DNA of 63,558 bases from a virus. Taxonomy: Duplodnaviria; Caudoviricetes. A program made the translations under genes and the position numbers. The number at the start of each line of letters is the position of its first letter. The first letter of the stretch is position 1. Positions 38,101 through 45,560 of the stretch are shown piece by piece. The notes beneath the pieces are model-generated. The model searched no databases. It had not been told where the DNA came from and was given only the letters and a program-made list of their open reading frames with translations. The stretch spans positions 1 to 63,558 of the IMG/VR virus record IMGVR_UViG_3300047550_001947. One strand, 5' to 3'.

Positions 38101-41100
38101 ACCATCTTCATTTAAGTTTTCTTTTTTAGTTAGTTCTATTCTTTCTTTAATAGAATTAGCTAGACTATTAAGTTCTTCATTAGAAAGACTTGAAGTAGTT
38201 AATTCAACAAATCTAATCTTACCATTTGGAAGTTTAACAGCAGCTACATATCTACCGTATTTAAGTAATGCATCAGCACCTTTCTTATTGTATCTGGCAT
38301 CATTAACTTCTTTTATGGTAGACTCTAAGGAATCAATATCTATATCTGTAATTGGAGAACCTTCTTCTGTAGTTACAGAACCATTCTTATATTTAATTTT
38401 TCTATCAATTACATATATACCACCATTAATAGTATTATAATTAACCTGAGAAAATTTAGGTCTTTCTTCATCACGAGATAAAAACTCATAAGATCCTAAA
38501 CCAATATTAATATTAGCAACTTTTTTAAGATCTGAATAAGGAATTTCTACAGATGTATCTTTGCCAAGTTTAGATTTTAAATAGTTTAATAAAGCAATTT
38601 TATTTTTATAACTGCTTTTTATATCTGCAACAGCTTGATTATAAGCACCACTTTTTAAATAAAAAACTTGCTTTACTCTATCAGCATTTATTGTATCATA
38701 AGGAATAGGATTTCCTTGACTATCTAAAAATGCAGTGCTAGTAGGATTAGGTAAATAACCAATCTCTTCACCATTATATACTAAAGCAATAGTATAAGGA
38801 TCAGTGAAGAAGCCAAAACTAAAGTTTTCTTTTTCCTCTCCTAGTTTTAAGTAAGCATATCTTTCAGGAGATTTATTATTATTTGAAAATCTTATAGAAA
38901 GATTATTTAAAAGATCTTCAGCTGGAGTATCTCTTAAGAAATTGCTTAATCTAATATTAGCAGCTTCTTGAGATTCATTTGCTTCTTTGTTTCTTTTACC
39001 CCAAGCTTTATCAATAATAGATGTTGAATTAAATCTTGATGTATAAGCTTTCTTTTCTATAGGAGCTCTCTCTAATTTAAATCCTTGAAAACTTTTAACA
39101 GGAGGTAAAATAGCTCCGGTTTTAACATTTTTAAGTTTAAGATTAGAACCCGCAGCAATTTCAGAAGGATAAGAAAGAACTATGTATTCATTATTTTTTG
39201 TATCTGATATAATCTGCCCATTAACTAATGGAACATTATCAAATATAAATTGCTTTTTATTGTTAGCTAAATAATCACCAATTGCTTTCTGAGCTTTCTC
39301 AGCTTTTGTTAAATCCTCATAAAAATCAAAATCAAAATTTAAAAGCTCATTAGGTTTACCAGCAGCATCAATAGCTAAAGTCCCGTCATTTACTTTTACA
39401 AAGTAAATATCAACACCCTCACTTCCTTCAACAGCTGTTGCTGTAACCTTAGTTATAAAAACTCCATTATATCCTTGAGATATAACACTTTCACCTTCTT
39501 CTAAAGATGTTGTAATGTATTGATTCTCATCTCTTTTTTGTATTGATATATCAGAGAAAGTAAGATTATTTTTATCTAATACATCAAATACTATAGGAGT
39601 TCTAGCATTTATTCTAAGCCACTCTTCAAATGGTGGTTTAGTACTATCAACTATATTATCATATGCACTCTCTAATTGTGATACAGCACTCATTACAGAA
39701 TTTGCTTTTTTACTAGAAACAAATTCTTCAAATGATACAGGAATATCAGCTTCCTTTAATGATTTTAAATAATCATCATATAATCTTCTAAGTATATTAT
39801 TAGCAAAGTCACTTGCATATTCTATGTCTTCAGTTCCCTCTTCTATGTCATCAGTACTTTGAGTTCCATAACTATTAGCTGGACCCGCTTCTGTAGCAGT
39901 AGGTTTAACTTCACTATCTGGTTTTACACTATTTTCAAATTTATCAACAAAACTTTTGATAGTATTATATCTAACATCATCTACCCCAAAAAGCTTATTA
40001 CTATTTAGATCTCTAAACTTTATGTCCGGATCATTTAGTATAGCATTTTTTAAACCGTTGAAATTATTTTCATCTAGTTCTTTAAGATATTTAAGATCTA
40101 TAACAAAACCAGTTTTAGCAAGATCTTTTAAAAATAAACCTACCTTACTAGTTTCAGAATATTTTTTAAATGCTTTTGTAAAGTAATCTTTAAAATTTTT
40201 ACTTCTTGCAGCAACTAATAAACTTTCTCTCTGTACAAGATTTGCAAAGTTTTCAGGGTCATACAAACTAGATAAAAGATTTGTAAAGTCTGCTTTATCT
40301 TTATTAAGAGCATAGTAATCTGTAAAGATTCTATATGCTTCATTAATATCTTTAGGAGTTAAGAATGTACCCTTCTCTTCTGTTAACACAGTCATATAAT
40401 CTGTGAAAGCTTTCTTAAGATAAGTTGTTTTTCTTACCTCTGTAGGATCTGTTACATCTTTAACTCTTTCTAAGTTTTTCTTTAAAGACTCAAGGGCTTT
40501 TAACTTCTTCTTTTTATTATTTATAGTTTTTGTTAAAGCAGGATCTGTAGTGTCTTTAGACATCTCTATCTCTGCATTTAACAAATTAATTTCATTATCA
40601 ATAGAATCCATACTAAGAGTGGCAGCAACATCTGAATAGTTTAATTCGGCCACTGATGCTATATTAGCATAACTCTTAGTTAAATCTGTCATCCTTTTTT
40701 TAGCTTGCTCTAAACCATGCAAACTAAATACTGCAGTCTTCTTGGCTTCCTCAAATCCTTTAAAGTTTATAAGCTCTTGAATTTTTTGAGTGATGCCTTC
40801 TGGAGTGTTAGGAAAATATTTATTTGGATTAAATGGATTTTTATATCCACTAAATTGCTCATACTGCTCTTTAACTTGATAAGCTCTATCAATAGTTACA
40901 TCCAAAACTTTTCTAGCTTCTTCATCAGTTACACTATCTGCTAAACCAAAAGCTTGTTTTAATTCAGCTCCGGTCATTTGTTTCATGTCTTCTATCTTCT
41001 TAATAACAAAATCAAACTTGTTAGTCTGAAGAGCAGTGTAGACACTATTAAATCTGGACATGTCTTTAAGATCATGGAAAACCTTTTCATCAAAAGATTT

Positions 41101-42924
41101 TCTGGCCTTAACCATATCCTCACCAAGTTTTACTTGTACAAGTAAGTTCTCTAAATCAGGTTCAGAAAAAATCTTGTTACCATTTTGAATAGCATCATTT
41201 AATTCTGAAGCTATTTTATTTATTCTTTCATCTTCTTCCTGTACAGCTTTCTTATATTCTTCAGGATTTCTTGCTGAAAGATAATTTCTCTTTAATGTAT
41301 TAAAGCCACCTCTGGCTGCACCAGTTGTTATACCAGCTAAACCCCCCATTAAGAAACCAGAAAGAAACACTTCTGCACCTTGTGCTGAAGCTTGATTCTT
41401 TAAATTCTCATAAGCATCTGCTAGATAAGTTACTATACCACCTGCTTCAGGTGTATCATATATTCTATCATAATAATCCTCAGAAGCACCGGCTACAATT
41501 TCCTGACTAAGTTCCTGTAAACCTTCTGTAAGATTTTTAGAGAAATAAGATTTTGCAAAAGAAGCATATGTTTTAGGACTCTTTAAACCACGGATACTTT
41601 CTACAAAAGCATCTTTAGCAGTCATGGTTTCAAACTTACCTGTACGCTCTACAAATCTTGTAACCTTACCAGATAGTTTGGCCTCCTCTAATATAGCAGC
41701 ATCACTACCAGTAATAAGATTCTTTTTACCACCCTTGAATAAATTATCAAAAGTAACAGCATTAGTAAGAAGAATTAAAGGAGCATTTATTAAACCAGTG
41801 GTTGTACCAGCATCAGAAGCAAGTTGATAAATTCTATCCAACTCAGTCTGATCAGGATACTTACCATTGTTTTCTATATATTCATTAATGTGACGATCAA
41901 TAAAATCATTCTTTACTTGACCACCCTCTAAAGCAGATTCACTTGTAGCATATGAAATTTGCTTCATATCTAAAACAAAATCACCAACACCTCTTACAGT
42001 ATTTGCTAATCCAATTACTGGACTCTCTGCAGTTAATATACCTTTAATGTTTACTAAGGTTTTTGGAATAAGTGCTTCCGCTGCAGACTTAGTAAGATTT
42101 AAAGCTCCTTGTGCAACCTTTGCGGCATCAATTGCTTTAATTGTATTGTATGCTTGTCTTGCAGTGTTAGCATCAAACAATGCTGAAATAGACCTCACTG
42201 TTTGTGCAGTTTTAGCTGTACCCGCTGCAACAGCTGCAGGTAATGCAGCACCTTCAGATAAAGCTACAGCTCCTGCTAATAATGCTTCAGTTGCTAAATA
42301 ATCAGCAGCAATACCAGCAATAAATCCAGATTGTAAAATTAAATTAGAAGCAAAACCAGATACACCACCTCTAGTACTACCACTTTCAGCCATGATTTGA
42401 GAAAACTCTCTAGCACCAGTTTCATCTGTCATAGAGAAGTCTCCACTTAACATATCACCTAAACTTCTATAACTAGACTTAACTACAGAAATACCTAATG
42501 CAGGTACTGCAGCAGCAGATCTAAATACATCTTCATACCAAGATCTATTCTGATTATAGATTTGTTCATTATTAATATTTGGATCAAAACCTAACTTATA
42601 AAAGTTATCTTCATCATCATAGTATCTTTCAAAATTACTTTTTTCAAAACCCGGTTGGAAGAACTTACCTTTAGATCTTTGAAAAGCTATATCTCCTTCT
42701 GTAATAGGAGAAGCCTTTACCTGTTTAGCTACATCAAAAGGATTGTTTGGATCATATTGTATCTCAACACCTCCGGGTATACCAGGAGTAGTTAATGTTG
42801 GATCATACGGTACTATTTGATTAAAACCCGGTTGTAAAGAACCGCTTATTGAAGAACCTTCAAAATTAGAAGGTACACCTGGCTCAATTCCTGGAGTAGG
42901 AATAGTATTCTCTAATTCTTCCAT
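29185..42924 (-). CDS. Giant virion RNA polymerase (crAss-type two-barrel) with zincin protease domain and N-terminal hydrophobic region
   Basis: 4579 aa; RIPSQ...SGADFDIDKLY (DxDxD at 32476-32490); KADAQ; HEAFH (36958-36972) with downstream EEYLAD. Confidence 0.9.
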   Translation of the reverse strand: MEELENTIPTPGIEPGVPSNFEGSSISGSLQPGFNQIVPYDPTLTTPGIPGGVEIQYDPNNPFDVAKQVKASPITEGDIAFQRSKGKFFQPGFEKSNFERYYDDEDNFYKLGFDPNINNEQIYNQNRSWYEDVFRSAAAVPALGISVVKSSYRSLGDMLSGDFSMTDETGAREFSQIMAESGSTRGGVSGFASNLILQSGFIAGIAADYLATEALLAGAVALSEGAALPAAVAAGTAKTAQTVRSISALFDANTARQAYNTIKAIDAAKVAQGALNLTKSAAEALIPKTLVNIKGILTAESPVIGLANTVRGVGDFVLDMKQISYATSESALEGGQVKNDFIDRHINEYIENNGKYPDQTELDRIYQLASDAGTTTGLINAPLILLTNAVTFDNLFKGGKKNLITGSDAAILEEAKLSGKVTRFVERTGKFETMTAKDAFVESIRGLKSPKTYASFAKSYFSKNLTEGLQELSQEIVAGASEDYYDRIYDTPEAGGIVTYLADAYENLKNQASAQGAEVFLSGFLMGGLAGITTGAARGGFNTLKRNYLSARNPEEYKKAVQEEDERINKIASELNDAIQNGNKIFSEPDLENLLVQVKLGEDMVKARKSFDEKVFHDLKDMSRFNSVYTALQTNKFDFVIKKIEDMKQMTGAELKQAFGLADSVTDEEARKVLDVTIDRAYQVKEQYEQFSGYKNPFNPNKYFPNTPEGITQKIQELINFKGFEEAKKTAVFSLHGLEQAKKRMTDLTKSYANIASVAELNYSDVAATLSMDSIDNEINLLNAEIEMSKDTTDPALTKTINNKKKKLKALESLKKNLERVKDVTDPTEVRKTTYLKKAFTDYMTVLTEEKGTFLTPKDINEAYRIFTDYYALNKDKADFTNLLSSLYDPENFANLVQRESLLVAARSKNFKDYFTKAFKKYSETSKVGLFLKDLAKTGFVIDLKYLKELDENNFNGLKNAILNDPDIKFRDLNSNKLFGVDDVRYNTIKSFVDKFENSVKPDSEVKPTATEAGPANSYGTQSTDDIEEGTEDIEYASDFANNILRRLYDDYLKSLKEADIPVSFEEFVSSKKANSVMSAVSQLESAYDNIVDSTKPPFEEWLRINARTPIVFDVLDKNNLTFSDISIQKRDENQYITTSLEEGESVISQGYNGVFITKVTATAVEGSEGVDIYFVKVNDGTLAIDAAGKPNELLNFDFDFYEDLTKAEKAQKAIGDYLANNKKQFIFDNVPLVNGQIISDTKNNEYIVLSYPSEIAAGSNLKLKNVKTGAILPPVKSFQGFKLERAPIEKKAYTSRFNSTSIIDKAWGKRNKEANESQEAANIRLSNFLRDTPAEDLLNNLSIRFSNNNKSPERYAYLKLGEEKENFSFGFFTDPYTIALVYNGEEIGYLPNPTSTAFLDSQGNPIPYDTINADRVKQVFYLKSGAYNQAVADIKSSYKNKIALLNYLKSKLGKDTSVEIPYSDLKKVANINIGLGSYEFLSRDEERPKFSQVNYNTINGGIYVIDRKIKYKNGSVTTEEGSPITDIDIDSLESTIKEVNDARYNKKGADALLKYGRYVAAVKLPNGKIRFVELTTSSLSNEELNSLANSIKERIELTKKENLNEDGTPKAQEYNDIWNEENIGDKLFIALPLKDRGKFLDIYVSPNGSLVLDFVNKNSRTSPIQRKKIIDNPDFNDFPGLLSLINNAIKEHDNQAKNPINKMDIALTGKSFKATLPKSIDTTQVLEMESSVGVNVVKDISVYVDMLEQASDVQAQPLLPKIPDAVLDVDISNIDFSSAPVTANANPELLRGIAPVNPATPAVTEPVVETPLEKTKEPTQVNSAETLNKLINAQKSIPQQIKQLQAQADSKTDEVRKVLLAQRLAEKGELTVADKREIRTQAENSPEVLAIKGQIEVLEKSIGLKVVDAGYTESDITNLTEFLNWVENNLPDFISVEDLKTFKNNLYKEGKTVGAFISSLSNVAGNVEVNGIIYTSASSPFKYHEAFHAVFRLLLNDKQISRYLAIAKKELRDQLRKEGKSFSLAKEEMRLLHPLYAGMSESQLEERMYEEYLADKFEAWKKNNKTETSHVNKSLFAKIVELIKKLFSRFTKNELQSLFESIDAGKYRNSKVVTNRFTDSPFDISEPVLKAIKIGTEVIEDSTFAAEGESNLIKVDKYLPEQEGTRLAASVAAIYNNKLKDADKQTNTDELLDSVLDSYEELYDPDLEQYADLDTPVLNKLKEYKAIFSKTENREILKEAVREHLAILSIKENNEQDVSDDATDELGERGKQNYTEGAASVGGFGSLSKFLRSFISTVTYQATDDFGNTQFLDGTPYIQSVDGSTVYNGILKAIAGSEDIYEIIEKLNLFKEKNFESGKVIQEFFNETGITFDDEGNADLSNVKNSYLFQSFIKGFGQYAVDYLFINKDLKKQIALIISANRKDAGKVQFDQWSQAYASVYESKVTPELKGKAKLVLTGIKSAMSPTKKYTDDELIVQTNKLSTALMENLGISLSPMYLAYSISNNLNTSNLTPHQLKLITLYSGASPITIEDIDILSGLIDSGENPFINLQYETTINPETGEVVEETEILEGGATTRLYNIAKVNAIFDESVYATSWKNAEGQLVYVHQLPSYHLVKINEIKKTGGIEELLKDPFLENNYLLKNPKFLASLDLITVKRIDGQKVSSLTETGEGEAIENKELEVNRREGTTYGSFSPEEFITSLIDLYSEGGVQKRGGLEFGTSTHLIRVLEASSTGNVVNLPVIKAAAKVSGKNTLSDEAKNAILGFVEQEYNRIQRVANGEFTDEIYDFNTGKMRGLTLFKTGKLLSEDFKNELEAQAQENLPLTENQKTQIKNEVTKSMLDDVNFLLELLDQDNILKVKDGKVKESALAAFVTKGFEINKPSKKDDKEETTKKSNKLIKVEDTLKNSVYNLKKNDYAYNLLQIYVNDFINTTAINQLMHGDHAISFKDPVDEIKRAKGSNATGANIESVITDERLGIKHEFKTAHIVTISDPKFTAKFAGGKKDKADAQMWMTVKALRYTLFGLGKLSPIQAELLNKIENGEEVTGDFFFGDKKTKGAVSFNAATNSIKLVYFDGQTYVKTSGFVLTKEFTSYGKNFDKALPGKEELHKLRQTLEVYEADKETVSLAVPASASKGKKINVASDINSITDSNFIETKTKYWRLQLENPSNKVVITDPTQPKQILTAEQDDETIVNFMGKDITVGDLKKIYQDASINRVKVNYLGKRNAIFTLDSGLEEVKRSIAAGSVTPKLAAFQKYAIETLRSSAGDAQMIEFFELDEQGEPKYDLNSPITIDKFVELFLSYFSKGVLSEKVPGHAVALVSDYGVKQLKKVLELDENGQPKRWEIVRVEEFKLNPSKYGTPKEYSDPENRTFTGLKVDDYYIDDLRHNVPEYDKDGNITGYFTEFIMPAHFKELLSFIKPGDKIPDVVAKMFGARIPSQDKHSAVALKLVDFMPVYYGSSAIFPQELIEISGADFDIDKLYIVIQEWLVENGKFKAYGTGTSKTERFNQFVKYQFSKNKEFRKSYSEFYNALKKERADEIEALQDLDIDVSDSDLFDTYIDKKEVVKAALQSLGLPSTADEYNNKVQKLGYEPYQGALNNIIVNDRIALLNNSAMVTAKEGEIPKAFQVATVQPLINIVKSFTERFPELKDQLEEGKYNVDTLLGKYYAFRNNKEGARNIGPAVNALLVYSLLNTNNITIRKARFFIDENGDEIELGNLRFKLNGKEFDSYAETKAYNPETGKYDGERIFYILSALTSAMTDNAKERLAAKLNLNINSLGIVANMIAQGVSLEDSLLFINQPAIREFYKRLQKNKSSYAEEKDRMKGQAKIIGELLEEYSIEDVPSDISTEDLEQGIRTNNANIQAAVLNNFKTLIAQSEAFMNVSTILKVNKGLPKDLTEFDEIYNKAVDLGIEMNDKEFENSNIPFDIRRLLNSSNNTFGFNFTVYREIKSLIGSVMLNRTPVVNRMREIIIANTEVNSKDRKNFNKSLDQNLLSFFAIKAYVNLLKTGGYKRALASLNNGMVYDQTASTLPDNMENVTDVVLNLRKLAPKNYFVNKFLFAITAANRSNKDGINKVEFNNWTKLSRLQLNKIQYSFMELYNNEITRPYAIDLFHYLLVKDGGQFKSGSFIRIMPNFMFDLILKSSSSAVMALKGKANDTIVKKTFGANLNQLYNEFVRGYLQNTNTTFFTKTVKDISKNNEIKEFKQELGIKGNVSSPIVKSDDKILINVFKNTSFEREMIPLGDVSNYKGDEFIVDENGQYQVVQPMLSLPGPSKLTEEGKKMYRYNLKYLRASGFVLQTKNDKTQIGFPLVIKSVQYVMGNRNTVYYKLTSIKRDRTEEKENLADLIQPGDMYAFGVSAEYEKFTPIGSKKQFAAGFVIPGNVPSRTDIFKDRKNKDVTSNPNGIPDLNNIDFDQGIEKQLSNVDFSSAPANISNTLASNNISFKTEGKKIVYEKDGKPFETTAKSPEELAKSLTPKTTEETLDNIDQLVTAAPPMAFDPSIGANIKAQAEYPVLNNFYTEQLSDEERNKIREGMGIKTFVNFVQQYKEFVNTIGGDQNSFVEQIKKCYL

Positions 42925-42929
42925 TTACA

Positions 42930-42937
42930 CGAATTTA
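42930..42937 (-). promoter_or_regulatory. TAAATTCG element just upstream of the RNAP gene
   Basis: Identical to the 1374-1381 octamer, in a 19-bp intergenic gap. Confidence 0.35.
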
Positions 42938-42943
42938 GTTATC

Positions 42944-45508
42944 TTATTGAATATTGTCAAAGTTACTTAGGAGAGTGTTAAAATTATATATATTCAGATT
43001 AGGATCTGTATATACCTCAATCATATTTGTACGGGGATTAAATGCTGTTCCAGAAGCATAAATACTCTGATCAGGTTTTTTAGTAAATGTAACATCAATT
43101 CCAGCATTTGGATTCATATATCTATATGACCCAGAAGTATTTAATATCACTTCTCTATCACTAGTGTTTATTCTTTGAGAAATATAATTTGTAGCACCAC
43201 TTGTAGGTATAATAGCTGTAATACCTTTTGCAATAACTTGATTATATAAATCTTCATTGCTTTCTTTTAGATTCTTCATTATCTGACTAGATGCTGAAGG
43301 TCTAATTATTAATGCTTGATAATCACTACTACCAAGTGCACGTCCCTGATAACTGTATGAAATAGTTGACTTAGAAGCTCTTGCATCACTAGCTAAAGTA
43401 TTTAATAAAGCCCTCATTTCTGAGTTATCTTCTATCGAATTAAAATCTCTACCACTTGCTTGAGCAATATCTGCAGGAGTTCCAATACCAATTCTAGAAT
43501 CACTATTTAAAGCATCATCTAATGCACCTTTAAATCCAGATGTAACCTTAGACATAGGTTTAGAAAAATCTGCAACACCGCTTACACTATTAGAAATATA
43601 CTCACCGGCAGCACTTCTTCCAACAGGTTTATATCCAGTTTTATTTTTTGATAAATCAGTGTACATATCTTGATAGTCATCCATAAAGTCTTCATAATCA
43701 TCCATAAAGTCTTCTTTATCAATGACTATATTTTTTGCTCTAGCTGCTTCACTAGCAACTTTATATGCACCATTAGCATCTCTTAAACTACCATCTTTTG
43801 CAAAGACATAATCTAAAAACTCAGGAACATATGCCTTAGAAGCTCTCAGATTAGCAGCAATTATTTTATTATTGCTTGAAATAGCAGATATATTACTATA
43901 TGCTAACTGTCTACTATCATTTACTCTACTAATAATTCCAGATAAACTTTTTAATAAACCAGGATCAGCTTTTGTAACATCTAATACTTGATTAAATATA
44001 TTATTTAATGTTGTAAGACCTACTTTGTTTGATTGAATATCTTGAATAGTAAATCCAGAACTTTTTAATATTTTTTCTGTAGCTGCTCTAATACCTGTAT
44101 CATTAGTGTTAAGAAGAGTATTCATTAACTCATAAGTGTTAGCAGAAAGATTAGCCCAGCTATTATTAAATTCAGCTCTATCTCCAACTGTAGCATCATC
44201 CATTGAAGCTTCTGTCTTTACAGTGCTTGATGAAAAATCATCAAATCCTCCAAGTTCCATCATCTTCATCTCTCTTTCAAAGTCCTGTTCAATTTTTTCT
44301 TTCTTTAACCAATAAGAAAAATCCAGGGCTTTTTCAAAACTTATTTGTTTAAATGGATCAGCCTTTACAGATACTTGATAATCTTTATAAGCTTGTACCT
44401 GTGTTGCTTTAGATATTTCATTAGAAATAATACTTGAAGCCATAGAAGATCTGCTAACTCTTGATAGCATATCTATATCTTCATTACTGATAGCATCAGA
44501 GATTTGATTTAATCTTTGTTCAACACCAGTTATAGCATTCTCATATAAATTTTTTCTTGCTACTATTTGACTATATTCAGTCTGTTCTTTTTGATTAAGT
44601 CTACCACCTCTATTTATTTTAGATTCATAGATATTAACTTTAGCATCTAATAGATCATATTCAGATTTTAAATCTTGTAGTTTATTTTCATCATTAGCTA
44701 CAAACTTATCTGCACTACCTAAATAGTATTCTGTTTTTGCTTGATTAATATCACCATCATATTTAGATGAAGCAATCTGCATTATATCATCCATTGATTG
44801 TACATATGCTAGTTCACTTGCATAATCTTTAACCATTGGATCTCTACCTAATGTTTCTCCTAAAAATTGAGATATAACATTTACAGATTTTGGACCACCA
44901 GTAGTAGTAACTAAATAATTACCTCTCTGCTCTTCTATTTTTATATCTTTAAAATCATCTCCAACAAGCTCTTTAGCTTTTGCCATTATATTTACATAAG
45001 GTACATACTTTGGCAAATTCATTTTATAAGCTGAATCTGGAGAAGCTCCTTTAAATTCTAATAATCTATAATCAATACCTCTAACACCTTCAGCCCAGTA
45101 TTTACCTGCTATTTCTGCATTAACAGAGTTTCTAAAACTTTCAGCTCTTTGTTTACCATCTTTACCAGCTTTTGTAAACATTACATCATACTGCATTTTT
45201 TTATCTTGTACAAAAGGTTCAAACACCTGTTGTGCAAGCTCAACATTTTTTGGATCAGAAAGATCCATAGATGTTATTTGCTGTATATTTTTTTGAGCAT
45301 TATTTAGAAAGTTTTTTCTGCTTTCAATATTCTCATCTCTTGTAAGATCTGCATTAATGATACTTCCATATACACCGCTTAATTGATCTATAGCACTATT
45401 ATATCTTGCCTGTTTAGTGGCAAGTACACTATTGAGAAAATCAAAATTAGGTTTATAAGGCTCTGCCTTTGGAATATAATCAGTTAAACCTTGTATAAAA
45501 GTAGCCAT
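42944..45508 (-). CDS. Putative virion cargo/ejection protein
   Basis: 854-aa helical/coiled-coil protein (PYKPNFDFL...KQARY) directly upstream of the RNAP, as in crAss-like gene order. Confidence 0.65.
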   Translation of the reverse strand: MATFIQGLTDYIPKAEPYKPNFDFLNSVLATKQARYNSAIDQLSGVYGSIINADLTRDENIESRKNFLNNAQKNIQQITSMDLSDPKNVELAQQVFEPFVQDKKMQYDVMFTKAGKDGKQRAESFRNSVNAEIAGKYWAEGVRGIDYRLLEFKGASPDSAYKMNLPKYVPYVNIMAKAKELVGDDFKDIKIEEQRGNYLVTTTGGPKSVNVISQFLGETLGRDPMVKDYASELAYVQSMDDIMQIASSKYDGDINQAKTEYYLGSADKFVANDENKLQDLKSEYDLLDAKVNIYESKINRGGRLNQKEQTEYSQIVARKNLYENAITGVEQRLNQISDAISNEDIDMLSRVSRSSMASSIISNEISKATQVQAYKDYQVSVKADPFKQISFEKALDFSYWLKKEKIEQDFEREMKMMELGGFDDFSSSTVKTEASMDDATVGDRAEFNNSWANLSANTYELMNTLLNTNDTGIRAATEKILKSSGFTIQDIQSNKVGLTTLNNIFNQVLDVTKADPGLLKSLSGIISRVNDSRQLAYSNISAISSNNKIIAANLRASKAYVPEFLDYVFAKDGSLRDANGAYKVASEAARAKNIVIDKEDFMDDYEDFMDDYQDMYTDLSKNKTGYKPVGRSAAGEYISNSVSGVADFSKPMSKVTSGFKGALDDALNSDSRIGIGTPADIAQASGRDFNSIEDNSEMRALLNTLASDARASKSTISYSYQGRALGSSDYQALIIRPSASSQIMKNLKESNEDLYNQVIAKGITAIIPTSGATNYISQRINTSDREVILNTSGSYRYMNPNAGIDVTFTKKPDQSIYASGTAFNPRTNMIEVYTDPNLNIYNFNTLLSNFDNIQ

Positions 45509-45510
45509 AA

Positions 45511-45529
45511 CCTATAATAAATATAACAA
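45511..45529 (-). promoter_or_regulatory. Putative late promoter
   Basis: TTGTTATATTTATTATAGG immediately before ATG 45508. Confidence 0.35.
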
Positions 45530-45560
45530 ATATAAATTTAATAACTTAAACCTTTAAGAT

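Noticed and set aside
43673-43714. 21-bp tandem duplication (20/21) encoding EDFMDDY twice
   Set aside because: Only two in-frame copies; most likely a local slippage event.
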